Assembly: GCF_963921235.1 (NCBI RefSeq)
Contig: NC_086120.1
Location: forward strand, 9,114,001 to 9,178,000
Direction of reading: 5' to 3'
From: Mobula hypostoma
Lineage: Eukaryota
DNA: 64,000 nucleotides
Positions 1-13,009 of the stretch are shown one piece after another. The position numbers were made by a program, and so were the translations under genes. A model generated the notes under the pieces. It was not told the DNA's origin. It did no database searches and saw nothing but the letters and a program-made list of their open reading frames with translations. The first letter of the stretch is position 1. Each line of letters opens with the position of its first letter.

Positions 1-3000
1 TCCCATGATTGATGAAGGCCAATGCAACATATGCTTTCTTAACCACAGTGTCAATCTTCGCAGCAGCTTTGAACGTCCTATGGACTTGGACCCCAAGATC
101 CCTCTGATCCTCGACATTGCCAAGAGTCTTACCATTAATACTATACTTTGCCATCATATTTGACCTACCAAAATGAACCACCTCACACTTATCTTGGTTG
201 AACTCTATCTGCCACTTCTCAGCCCAGTTTTGCATCATATCAATGTCCCACAGTAACAGCTGTCAGCCCACCACACTATCCACAACAACGCAAATCTTTG
301 TGCCATCAGCAAATTTACTAACCCATCCCTCCACTTCTTCATCCAGATCATTCACAAAAATCAAAAGAGTAAGGGTCCCAGAACAGATCCCTGAGGCACA
401 CCACTGGTCACCAACCTACATGCAGAATATGACCCGTCTACAACCACTCTTTCCCTTCTGTGGGCAAGCCAGTTCTGGATCTAAAAGCAATGTCCCCTTG
501 GATCCCATATATCCTTACATTCTCAGTAAGCCTTGCATGGGGTACCTTGGCCTACAGGGACGAGGTCCAGCACCTGGCTGCATGGTGTGCCAACAACAAC
601 CTGGAACTTAACACCCAGAAGACCAAAGAGATCATTGTGCACTTCAGGCATTCTAGGAGCCACACTCATGTCGCCATTTACATCAACGGAGCTGTAGTGG
701 AGCGTATATCAAGCTTCAAATTCCTTGGTGTCCACATTTCTGAGGATCTCACCTGGTCCCTGAACTCCTCCACCCTGATCAAAAAGGCGCAACAGAGACC
801 TTAATTTCTTGCGGAGCATCAAGAAAGCTCACCCCTGTCCCAGGATACTGACAGACTTTTACCGCTGTACCATTGAGAACACACTAACCAACTGCATCTC
901 AGTGTGGTATTGCAATTGTCCTGTATCAGACTGCAAATCACTCCAGTGTGTGGTGAAAACTGCTCTGCGGATTATTGGAACCAAATTGCCCAACATTGAG
1001 AACATCTACCGTAAATGCTGCCTGGGCAGGGCGAAAAGCATTATCAAGGATGCATCTCACCCTAACCATGGACTTTTTACTCTCCTCCCATCCAGAAGGC
1101 GCTACAGGAGCCTCCGCTCCCGCACCAGCAGGCACAGGAAGAGCTTCTTCCCTGAGGCTTTGACCCTGCTGAACCTCACATCACAGCACTAAACAGTATT
1201 GCACTCGTATTGTACAGTTTCAGTGCTTTTGTATTTGTGTGATGTAGCACTTTTTATTCACAGTTATTTTGTGAATAACACTATTCTTTGCTTTTCTGGT
1301 TAGATGCTAAATGTAATTCATTGGCTTTGTATCTGTACTCAGCACAATGACAATAAATGTGAATCTAATCTAATCTAATCTAATCTAATCTAACCTTGTC
1401 AAATGCCTTGCTGAAATCCATATACACTACATCTACTGCTCTACCTTCATCAATGTGTTCGGTCACATGCTCAAAAAATTCAATCAGGCTCGTAAGGCAC
1501 GACCTGCCTTTCACAAAGCCATGCTGACTATTCCTAATCATATTATACCTCCCCAAATGTTCATAAATCCTGCCTCTCAGGATCTTCTCCATCAACTTAC
1601 CAACCACTGAAGTAAGACTTACTGGTCTACAATTTCCTGGGCTATCTCCACTCCCTTGCTTGAACAATTGAACTACATCCACATCCCTGCAATCCTCCGG
1701 AACCTTTCCCGTCCCCATTAATGATGCAAAGATCATCAGCAGAGGCTGAGCAATCTCCTCCCTCACCTTCCACAGTAGTTTGCGGTTCATGTTATCTGGT
1801 CCTGGTGGCTTATCCAACTTGATGCTTTCCAAAACCTCCAGCATAGCCTCTTTCTTAATATCTGCATGCTCAAACGTTTCAGTCCACTGTAAATCAGTCC
1901 TACATCACCAAGATCCTTTTCCATAGTGAATTCTGAAGCAAAGTACTCATTAAGTATCTCTGCTATCTCCTATGGTTCCATACACACTTTTCCACTTTCA
2001 CACTTGATTGGTCTTATTCTCTTACGTCTTATCCTCTTGCTCTTCACAAACTTGTAGAATGCCTTGGGGTTTTCCTTAATCTTGTCCGACAAGGCCTTCT
2101 CATGACCCCTTCTGGCTCTCCTAATTTCTTTCTTAAGCTCCTTCCTGCTAGCCTTATAATCTTCTAGATCTCTAGCATTACCAAGTTTTTTAAATCTTTC
2201 ATAAGCTCTTCTTTTCTTCTTGACCAGCTTTACTGCAGCTTTTGTACACCACAGTTCATGTACCCTACCAACCTTTCCCTGTCTCACTGGAACATACCTA
2301 TGCAGATCTCACGCAAATATCCCCTGAACATTTGCCACATTTCTTCCATACATTTCCCTGAGAACACCTGTTCCCAATTTATGTTTCCAAGTTCCTGCCT
2401 GGTAGACTCATATTTTCACTTTCTCCAATTAAACACTTTCCTAACTTGTCTGTTCCTATACCTCTCCAATGCTATGGTAAAGGAGATAGAATTGTGATTA
2501 CTATCTCCAAAATGCTCTCCCACCGAGAGATCTGACACCTGACCAGGTACATTTCCCAATACAAGTATAGCCTCTCCTCTTGTAGGCATATCTACATATT
2601 GTGTCAAGAAACCTTTCTGAAAACACCTAACAAACTCCACCCCATCTATACCCCTTGCTCTAGGGACATGCAATCGGTATTTGGGAAATTAAAGTCTCTC
2701 ACCACAACAACCCTGTTATTATTACACCTTTCCAGAATCTGTCTCCCTATCTGCTCCTCGATGTCCCTGTTACTATTGGGTGGTCTATAAAAAACAGCCA
2801 GTAGAGGTATTGACTCCTTCATGTTCCTAACTTCCACCCACAGAGATTCCATAAACAATCCCTCCATGTCTTCCTCCTTTTCTGCAGCTGTGACACCATC
2901 TCTGATCAACAGTGCCACATCTCCACCTCTTTTGCCTCCCTCCCTGTCCTTTCTGAAACAGCTACAGCTGGCACTTGAAGTAACCGTTCCTGCCCCTGAG

Positions 3001-3130
3001 CTGTCCAAGTCTCTGTAACTGCTACAACATCATAGCTCCAAGTACCAATCCACGCTCTAAGCTCATCCACTTTATTCATAATGCTCCTTGCATTAAAATA
3101 GACACCTCTCAAACCATCGGCCTGTAATCT
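1..3130 (-). mobile_element. Degenerate CR1-type LINE ORF2 (APE endonuclease + RT), split by a Rex1 insertion
   Basis: Minus-strand fragments read FNARSIMNKVDELRAWIGTWSYDVVAVTETW (endonuclease), PVSLTSVVGKLMEK..QHGFVKGRSCLTSLI..VDVVYMDFSKAFDKV, then GVPQGSVLGP and KFADGTK near 290-410. Multiple frameshifts. Confidence 0.9.
550..1392 (+). mobile_element. 5'-truncated Rex1/Babar-like LINE with (AATCT)n tail and 6-bp TSD
   Basis: YRDEVQHLAAWCANNNLELNTQKTKEIIVHF..FKFLGVHISEDLTW and FYRCTIEN..LPSRRRYRS. Tail (AATCT)n at ~1362-1392. ACCTTG at 544-549 and 1393-1398; removing the insert restores CR1 AFDKVPH. Confidence 0.88.
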
Positions 3131-3299
3131 ACACAGATAACCGACCTCGCCTAAACCTATTATCATTGAAGCCCCATTGAGCCAAAACCTTCCTGTTCTG
3201 TCCCCCTCTCCTCCGACACCCTCTCAAAAAAGCTGTCTCCTTTTAAACGCTTCACACTGTTATCAATGGCTGATATCAACGTGCTTGGGCAGTCATGCC

Positions 3300-3830
3300 C
3301 CGATCGCTACATCACGCCTTTCTTCTTCCAGAAATATGGTTGTCAATTCTCATGGCCATGTCCATAAATTCCTCCATATACACTACCTGATCCCTGGTGG
3401 CAAGGACAGCTTAATGCTGGTCATTTAATCCCTGTTTGAATAGAGCAATCAAATTCTCATTGTCCAAACCACTCTCTGCCACCAGGATACGGAAATCAAT
3501 GGAATAGTCAGCCATGGATCACACACCCTGATGCAGCTGGAGGAGTCTGTTGGGTCACTCTGAGCCCCCGGCAGGTTGGAAAATGCCCCCTCTCACTCTT
3601 AGAAAGAACGTTATATCAGATCACACAGGAGTATCTTTCTGCCATAAAGCTATTGCCCATGAAAGAGCGTGGCAGAGAGGAGGGAAATTATCTAGGCCAC
3701 CTTACTCCTGTCCGAGAGGATCTTGCAGTTTGTAATTCAAATACAAGGGAGCGTTGATTTAAGAACCCATGGTAAGAATCAGGGTCTCTGTTGCTCCTGA
3801 GCCAGCAGGTTCACTGACTCTCCATGGAAT
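3300..3830 (-). mobile_element. Ty3/Gypsy (sushi-like) gag remnant
   Basis: Manual minus-strand reading gives LLQLHQG..ADYSIDFRILVAESG..ALFKQGLND..MAMRIDN and SDRSKVA*IISLL, typical retrotransposon gag, with stops. Boundaries approximate. Confidence 0.7.
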
Positions 3831-5419
3831 TTCTGGAAACATGTAGCAAGACATACAGGACACACATTTTCTGTTAAATAACAGTGTGCACAAAACCAGA
3901 GTCCTTCTGAAATGATGAAACACATATTTCCTGAAGAAGCTGCTCATGCAATCCAACTGCCGATTCTTGGCAGGCCAGTGCCATGCGAAGTTAATCAATC
4001 TCCGCTAGGTTCATCTCACACACACCTGTCTACAAAGTCTATTTATTTTTGTTTATTTAGACATACCACATGGAATTGGCCCTCCCAGACCTTCGCACCG
4101 CGCTGCCCAGCAACCACTGATTTAAACATAACCTGAATTAACCATGAAAAAATTCATCTGCAGCCACAGCAGGAAATGAGTTGTTATTTTAAGGTGAGGG
4201 GCTGGCCCGAACTTATCCAAGACGTTACGAACTGCCTTTTATATGACAATACCCAAATATCGTAGTTTCTATTCTACCCTTTTTTACTTTAAGAATCGAT
4301 CAGGCACTGGCTGTTTAAAGGGACATTATCTTTGATGCTATCCTTGAGTTGTGACATTCAGAACAAGAATTGCTTCAGAAATTCTGTCATGTTGGTTGTC
4401 TGAGTAACTTTACCTCTCAGGTTTATTCACTGAAGTTGGAAGGAAATGTTAATCAGAGCTGATGGGTTTAATTGGGTGGTGGTGAATTCACTCCCATTAC
4501 ATTTTCTGAGCCTGTTTCCCTTTCTATTGCAATGAAAAGAACAGATAAATGAAGCGATGCTGTGTTTTCTCCATGCCGAGACCTCATCAGTGTTGGGTTT
4601 GGCTGGTGCTGCTCCCAGAACCCCTGCTGTGCTCATCATTCAACTGGAGTAGATGCCCTGGCTTGACAGTGAAGGAGGTTCAGGGATATGCTGGGCTGTG
4701 AGGTTACAGCTTATGGTGGTGGACAATTCTGCTGATGCTGATAGTCCAGAGAGCCTCAGAGATGCCCCGTACTGAGCTGTCAGCTGTTCTGGATTTATTC
4801 TCTGTAACATGTCTGTTATGCCAGACAACATCATACAATAGAGAGAGTCCTCGATGTGGAAATGGGATTTGTCCCCATAAGGATGCTCCAAAAGGCCACT
4901 TCTACCCATGCAATCATAGACAGAGCCATCTGAGTAGGTGGATTGGTGAGACAGAGGTTAAATATGTTTCTCCCTGCTATTGTTCACTCTCTACCTGCCA
5001 CAGACTCATTCTGCAAGCTCTGTGTTTCAGAACTCTGCCAACTTTGCAGCAGAATGGCTAATTTCACTTTTAACCCTTCGGCTAATGCTGCAGACCCTCC
5101 CTGTCAGCCACCTAGTCCTTGACAACATTCAGTAATATGCTGATAAGTGACAAGAGATATTTGCAACCTATTGTGTCAGGCAATGACAATCTCCAGGAAC
5201 ACAGAATCTCATCACAGAGCCTTGACATTCAATGACAGTAACATTCCTGAATCCTCCACCATCAATATCCTGAGGGTTAACATTGTCCAAAAGCTCAAAT
5301 GTTCCAGCCAGATAAATAGCTTAGACCCAATATCAGGTCAAAGGTTGTTATATGGCGGTGGGTGGCTTGCATTCTCCTAACTCTCGGTCTTTCCACTATC
5401 CACACAGCACATCCAGACA

Positions 5420-6730
5420 TAATGCGATAAAATAGGCCATAGTGAGCACGGTTTCCTCAAAGGCAAATTTTGTCTGACAATTCTGCTGGAACTCTTTGAA
5501 GAAATAACAATCAGGATAGACAATGGAGAATCAGTGGATGTTGTGTATTTGGATTTTCAGAAGGCATTCAACAAGGTGCACGCGTGAGGCTGCTTAACAA
5601 GTTTGGAGTCCATGGTATTACAGGAATGATACTAGCATGGATAAAGCAGTGGTTGATTGGCAGCAGGCAAAAACTGGAAATAAAGGGAGCCATATCTGGT
5701 TGGCTGCCAGTGACGATGTGTGCTCTACAGGGAGTGTGTTGGTACTGCTTCTTTTCTGTTATATAACAGTAACTTGGATGACAGTATTCTTGGCTTTGTG
5801 GCAAGGTTTATGGACAATACAAAGATCGGGTGAGCGGCAGGTAGGTTTGAGGAAGTAGAGGGGCTACAGAAGGACTTGGACAGATTAGGGGAATGGCCAA
5901 AGAAGTGGCAGATGGGATACAGTTTTGGGAAGTGTATGATCATACACTTTGTCAGAGGAAATAAAAGGATAGACTATTTTGATAAATGGAGAGAAAATGC
6001 AAAAATATGAGATGCAAAGGGGCTTGGGACTTCTTGTACAAGATTCCCTGAAGGTTAATTTGCAGGTTGAGTTAATGGTGAAGGCTAATGCGATGTTAGC
6101 ATTCATTTCAAGAGGATGAGAATATAAAAGCAAGGATGTAATGTTGAGGCTTTATGAAACATTGGTAAGGCCTCACTTGGAGTATTGTAAGCAACTTGGG
6201 CCTGTTATCTAAGAAAGGATGTGCTGAAACTAGAGCAGGTTCAACGGAGGTTCATGAAAATGATTCTGGGATTGAAAAATGTGTCATATGAAGAGCGTTT
6301 GATGGCTCTGGGCCTGTACTCACAGGAATTCAAAAAAAATGAGGGTTGACCTCATTGAAGCCTATCAAGTATTGGAAGGGTTTAATAGAGTGGATGAGGA
6401 GAGGATGTTTCCCATGATGGAGGGCCTAAGACCAGGGGACACATCCTCAGAATAGAGGAACATTCTGTTAGAATGCACATGAGAAGAACTTGTAGCTAGA
6501 GAGCAGTGAATCGATAGAATTCGTTGACACAGGTGGCTGTGGAGGACAAGTCATTGGGTATATTTTAAGGCAGAGATTGGTAGATTCTTGTATAGTGACA
6601 GCATGACGGGATATGAGAAAAGGCAGGAGAATGGGGCTGAGAGGGATAATGCTTCATCCATGATGAAATGGCAGAGCAGACTTAATGGGCCGAATGGCCT
6701 AAATTAGTTCCTCTATCTATGGTCTTATTA
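5420..6730 (+). mobile_element. CR1/HER1-like LINE 3' portion (decayed RT + tail)
   Basis: HGFLKG..VDVVYLDFQKAFNKV-type sequence at ~5450-5580; typical CR1 3' end (aatgggccgaatggcc..ttcctctatctatggtctta) at ~6686-6730. Confidence 0.8.
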
Positions 6731-7399
6731 TACCTAATCATGGACTATTCTTCACTGACTACTTTGATAACAGTCCCAATAACTCAAAGGAAGCTCAGTG
6801 TAATCCTGGACACAGTAGCCCTCTTGATCACACCTCCCGGAATAACTCCTCGAGACATTCACTCATTCCACAACTGTCCACTGTGGCTGCAGGGCGGAAA
6901 ATTTCAAGTTATATACTCAGCTCCTCCGACTGTACCTCCCAAACAGTGGCCAAGGTCACCAGGAAGGACAACTGCAGGTGATGTAGAGGATTACCAGCTC
7001 CTCAGGCCCCCTCTCAAACTGGCATCCTGGCCTGAATGTATCGCCAGTTTTTCAACTGACCTGCTGGAACACCCTCCCCAGCGTCACTGTGAGAGCACCT
7101 TCCTCAGAAGGTTGGCAGCAAGTCCAGTCCATGGTTCACCACCACTCCATGAGGGATGGGTAATTGATATTGGCCTTGACAGAGATGCCCAAATCCCAGG
7201 AATGCATTTTAAATATTCAAGAAATTTGCATAGACCTAAGTTGATAATTTACTGAATCATATTTTCATTTGTTCACAGATTTTCTGTCCTAAAACTTTGA
7301 TCTTCTCATACTGAAGATTTGATGATTTTTTCTTGGAATATAAATATTGAGAATGGGAGGAGCTAAGAGAGAATTGATAGACCTGCTGATGGGGGTAGC

Positions 7400-8240
7400 T
7401 TTCAAGGTCAGACGTCTGGTTCCTGATGAGAAATACAAATGTAAAATCACATGCAAAGCTTCCAGCCTAGTTTATTCCATCTGTTTCTCCCAATGTGGCC
7501 ACTCCTATATTGGTGAGACAAGGACAAACTGGGTGACCACTTTGCTGAGCATCTGTGTTCTGTTTGCCATGACTATCTAGAGCACCCAGTTGTTATCCAT
7601 TTCATTTTCAAGCCTGTTCCTATACTGACATGTTTGTGCTCAGCCTTGTCCTCTTTCATGGCGAAGCTAAACACAAACTAAAGGATCATCACCTTCTATG
7701 CCACCTGGGTAGACTACAGCCTAATGGCATGAGAACTGAATTCTCTAATTTCCAGTCAACTGTTCCTCCTCTCTTCCTTTTTTCCCTCTCCTGGTCTACC
7801 CATTTTTCCTAAGCACTGCTCATCTTCTAACACTCAATTTCTCTCCTTACTCTACCTACAACATCTGCCCATGATCCATACACTTGTTCCACTACGTCTC
7901 CCCTCCCTCACCGTTCCCATCTGCCCTTTACATCTTCCTCGCTAGTTTCCATAACACAACTTCCCCAATCAGATTCCATCATCTTCAGCCCAAGTTTTCT
8001 CCATCTATCACCTCCAAGCTTTCTCATCATTTCCACCTTCCCTTTCTCCATCTATCTGTCACCCCCCACCCTTCAAATCGATCCATATCTCACTTGCCAC
8101 CTCTAGTTCCACCCCTTCCCTCCACCATTTTATACTGGATATCTGCCCTCTTGTCATTCAGTCTAGATAAAAGGACCCAGCCCAATACATCTACTGTCCA
8201 TTTCCCTACACAGATGCTGTCTAACCTGATGAATTCCCCC
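7400..8240 (+). mobile_element. Penelope-like element remnant (GIY-YIG endonuclease + 3' repeat)
   Basis: SSLVYSICFSQCGHSYIGETR matches the VY.I.C..C...YIGET GIY-YIG motif. Degenerate PLE-type terminal repeat at ~8160-8240. Confidence 0.7.
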
Positions 8241-10730
8241 AACATCTTGCTTTTTTAAAAATTTGTTTTTCTGCTCAGGACAAGACAATCCACTCATCCC
8301 AGAAATTTACCTCCAGCTTACTCCATGCTTGCCAATCCAGTGCCCCAAGCAGTGTCATTCCTTCCTTGTGTCGGACAGACTTTCCCTTCCAGATCTCCAG
8401 AAATCTTTTTGTAGTGGATCCAGCAAATATTTCACTCACTTTGCTTGACAACGGGCACAGGTCTCAATCAACCACCCAGATATAACGAGCAGGTATCTCA
8501 TAGGAGAACAGGCTCACCTCCAGAGCAACACTCACAATTGCTGGAGGAACTCACAGGTCGGGCAGTGTCTAAGGAAATGAATGAACAGTAAACATTTGTT
8601 ACAAACACTTTGGAACCTGTATCTAGTTTGAGTAAATCCTGTGAAAGATGGTCCAGCCACTTCATCACATCCACACTTATTATATAATCCTGTGGAGTAT
8701 CATTGTCCACGTGGGTTCTTGGCCTTGGTCGTGTATAATAGGACAAATTCCATTCTTTATTCCTCCATTTAGAACAAATACCACCAATTTGAATAAGGAA
8801 CTTTACTTGACTTTGTCTGACGACACGATACTGCAATCCTGATTGACAGTAACATCAGGAAGAAAGAACGTGTGGCAAACAGGCTGGGACTGCAGCATTA
8901 GCTGAGGGGTTACAAGTGGAACTGAACATTCTGCAAATGTCTGTGAACACCCCACTGCTGACTTTATGATGTGAGGAAGGTCACTGATGAAGCAGTTGGG
9001 ATGAGTATACTTCCCAGAGGAACTTCTGCAATGATGATCAACACAAGAGATGCTGCAGATGCTGGAAATCCATCATCCTGCAGATGTCCTGGTTCTGGGT
9101 TGTTTGACATTACATTGTGCAAAGTGTGGCTCCAGCAACAGACAGGAGCAGGAGAGACAAAATGGCAATTTCACCTTCACTATCCTCGGTGTGTATTTTC
9201 CTAAATGACCCTCTGCAGGTGGGGGCACAGTGGTGTACCAGCAGGGGAGAGGAGCCCTTGGTGTCTTGAGCATTGAATCCAGACACAGTGAAGTCTCATA
9301 CCATCAAGAGAAACATGGGCACGGAGACCTCCTCCTGATTACAATCTCCTGGCCTCCCTCCATGGATGAATCGATGTTCCCCATGTTGAGCAACACAGAG
9401 TAAGTACTAATAGAAGCAAGAACACAGAATGTTTACTGGGACTTCTATGGCCTTCACCAAGAGTAGTTGGGTTGTACCAACACAGACTGAGTTGGCCAAG
9501 TCCTGAAGGACAGAGCTTCGAGTGAGAGCCTGCAGCAGGCAATGAATGAACAACAGCAGAGAGAAACATACTGGAACTCAACCTCACCAATCCACATATG
9601 GAAGATTCTTCTGTCAATGATCGTACTGGTAGATGTGATCAATAGATTGTTGTAAAGCAGATAGCAGTGAACAGAAGCCATATTCTACAACTCTCTAATG
9701 GGGGTAAACTGACTGTCGCACAGATCAACCATCAGACCTCATTAAATTTTCTTCCCCTGGAATTCAGTGAATAAATTTGTGGGGTAAATTTGCTCTGACA
9801 GTCAACATAGCGCAATTTCTGAAGTAATTCTTGTTCTCACTGCCATAACTCAAGTGTAGCACCAGAAATAATGTCCCTTTAAAGGTCAAGTGCTTCACAG
9901 ATACTTAAAATAATATCAGGTAGAACAGAAACAGTGATATTTGGTAGAAATGGCAAATGTAAGCATTCTGGGCTGTCCCTCTCCTTAAAATAACAGCTCA
10001 TATCCTGCTGTGGCCACAGATGTTTGTTGTTTTCATACCCAGGCAGCAGCTGCTCTAAACTGAACCAAAGCTGTTTTTCATTGCGAGGCTATTTTTATTT
10101 GTAAAATTGATAATTAAAATGGGTTGTTTCTTCCACACTAACAATAATATCCAATTTCCCATGGAATACTTTCTCGCTATGTTACATTCCAGGCCTCCTC
10201 CATTCCCAGTGTGAACTGCTGCAGGACAAACTCACAGCAGCCTTGCCTCACCCAGTCAAACTTTTTACATTGAAATGAGAGCAGCTGGCTTTCAAAGTAG
10301 TATTGTCATTCCAAGGATCAGAAAATCTCAGTTAAGTTTTATCCATGACTAGAATTTTGGGTCTTAATATTCTACAGTTCATTGATAACAAGTTGGAATA
10401 TTATTGTCAGATTGTATTAGTGTATTTGTACTATTGAAATATCAGACTCTATAGAGTGAAACAGGATAATTTATGATTGAAATATTGGAAAGAAACAATA
10501 ATATTGTCTGAACAATAACTGAAGTGTCTACTTATATTTACAGTAAGTTTCCATGTTAAACATTTTGTGGCAGTATTTTCTTTAAGGGGAATGTTTCAGA
10601 ATCAGAATCATATTTAATATCACTGGCATACATTATAAAATTGGGTGTTTTGCAGCAACACTACGTTACATTCCATAATAATTTAATAAATGGCACATTC
10701 AATAAGGGGCACATGTTTTTCTCACCTGCT

Positions 10731-12230
10731 ATGGGTGGTGTGTATGTGTATTTCTCCCTCAATCTTGGGTTGTCTACCAGAGGCCTGGGGGCTTGAAGGT
10801 TCAGCGCAGTATCCTTGCCATCTCTAGTCGTGCACTCTTCTGGACAGACATATCAGATGTTGTTCTTGGGATTGGTTGGAGCCACTCTCCCAGTCCAGTG
10901 TCACAGCTCCAAGTGCACCTATCACCAGTGGAATTACTCTGGCTTTAACCTTCCATGTTCTCTGTATCTGTCTTTCAAACCCTGGTATTTCTCCAGCTTC
11001 TCATATTCTTTCTTCCTGATGTTACCGTCATTCAGGAGTGCCACATCTATTAGCATTGCTTTCTTCTGGTCCTTGTCCTGTCTTACTATGTCTGGTTGGT
11101 TGGCCAATTCTTGCTTATCAGTCTATATTTGGAAATCCCACAGGATCTCAGCTCTGTCATTCTCCACTATCTTCTCAGGTGTTCCTCATTTGATCTTGCG
11201 GGTGTCCAATCTATTCTCAGTGTAGATGTTCCTGTGCACAATTCCTGCAACTTGACTGTGTATGCTGTCCCTGTCTGCATCTTACACTCTGCTACTATAT
11301 GCTGGATGGTTTCAGTAGATTCCTTCCACAGTCTGCACCTTGAGTCTTGTTTGGTTCAATCGACCCTGCTTCTATTGCTCTTGTGCTCAGTGTCTGTTCT
11401 TGTGTAGACATGAGCAGCACCTCTGTGCTGTTCCTCAGCCCTGCCATTTCCAGCCATTGGTAGGACTTTTTTATGTCAGCCACCTCTGATATCTGTGGAT
11501 GGTATGTCCTGTGCAGCAACTTGTCCTGCCATGGCCTCTGGTCCTCCGGTTCTGCTTCACCCATGTCCCCAGCCTGCTGTCTGAGGTATTCTTTAAGCAG
11601 GTCATCCTTAAGGGCCATCTTCCTGACATACTCACAGAAGTTTCAAATTTCCTCCAGTACTGTGGCCTTGACACTTCCAAGACCTCATCCCCGTTTATTC
11701 CAGTAGGTGTGCAGTTGCTCAGTGTTAGACATTGAGAGAAAGCCTCCATGAATTGTTGGCTGTTTCTGGGTCTTGGTGTCACTGGCTTCCAGCTCGTTCC
11801 TTGTCCAGCACATTATTGCAGCTGAATATCTGATGACTGGCAGGGTGAATGTGTTGATGACTCTGACCATGTTCTTCCCAATCAGCTGGCTCTTAAGGAC
11901 CTGTTTCATTCTTTGGAGGTACTTGGATGTTGCAGCCTTCCTTCTGTCCTCATTGTGGCTTCCATGTGTCTGCAGGATATCCAGGTATTTGTAGATGTCC
12001 TGAAAATCTGGTATGTCACCTTCAGGTAACTCAATTCCTTCAGTATTGATGAGTTTCCCTCTTTCCACCACCTTCCCGCTGCACTTTTCCAGTTCAACTG
12101 ACATCCCAATGTCTCTGCCGTACACCCTTGTCAGGTGGATTAGTAAGTCAACGTCTCTTTCAATTCTGGCCTACAGCTTGAGGTCATCCATATGCAGGTG
12201 GTTGCTGATACACTCTTCCACCTGTTCCCA
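10731..12230 (-). mobile_element. 5'-truncated R4/Dong(Rex6)-like non-LTR element (RT C-terminus + restriction-like endonuclease)
   Basis: Minus strand: NHLHMDDLKL, IGMSVELEKC, YKYLDILQ, VINTFTLPVIRYSA, then KILWDFQI..NQPDIV..IDVAL..NIRKKEYEKLEKYQ (PD-(D/E)xK). Frameshifted. Confidence 0.8.
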
Positions 12231-12369
12231 TATCTACGCGGAACCCTCAAACTCCCAGCCCTCAAGATTGAGGGAAATGTACACAAATACAGCACCCATT
12301 AGGGGACAGAAAGAATTATTAAGATTAAATTAAACAAGTAATGAAAAAGAGAAGGAAAAATACTGCCGC

Positions 12370-12790
12370 AGTATTCGTGAATTCATTGTCCATTCAAAAA
12401 TATGATGGCAGAGGGGAAGAAGCTGATCCTGAAACATTGGGTGTGTGTCTTCAGGCTCCTGTACCTCCTCCTTGATGGCAGCATTAGGTAGAGGGCATGT
12501 CCTGAATGATGGGACCTGAATGTTGGATACTGTCTGTTTGAGTCATCGCCTTTTGAATGAAACTGCACACACTTTCCAATGCTGATCCCTCAATGAGGAC
12601 TGGTGTGTGTTCCTTCAACTTTCTCTTCCTGAAGTCCACAACCAGTTCATTGTTCCTACTGATGTTAAGTGCAAGGTTGTTGTTTCAATACAATTCAACC
12701 AGCTGATCTATCTCACTCCTGTACACCTCCTCATCACCATCATTTGTTTTGTCACCATCAATGTTTTCGACAGTTTACCTCATGAAGAAC
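12370..12790 (-). mobile_element. Decayed Rex1/Babar-like 3' fragment
   Basis: HSGHALYLMLPSRRRYRSLKTHTQCFRISFFPSAI, similar to the 550-1392 element. Confidence 0.65.
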
Positions 12791-13009
12791 TACTAATAAT
12801 GTCCTACCTTGCATGTTATTGTCCTCAGATTTTAAATGATTTTATTTTACAAAAGAGAGAGTCACAAGGGAAGGGTATTGGATCTGTCAGTGATAATAAA
12901 CCTGATTCTGATTCTGACTGAGCTGTGTTAATTGGAGCCCAAATTATTGCTTTTATTGTCTTTTTCTAGTGTTAGTTTTGCTTACACTTGCTTTCATGTT
13001 TGTATAATC

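Noticed and set aside
4850-9640. Inverted pair of similar segments (~4850-5040 on + and ~9480-9640 on -)
   Set aside because: Both look like old, diverged copies of one interspersed repeat; there is no sign of a shared element boundary or hairpin function.
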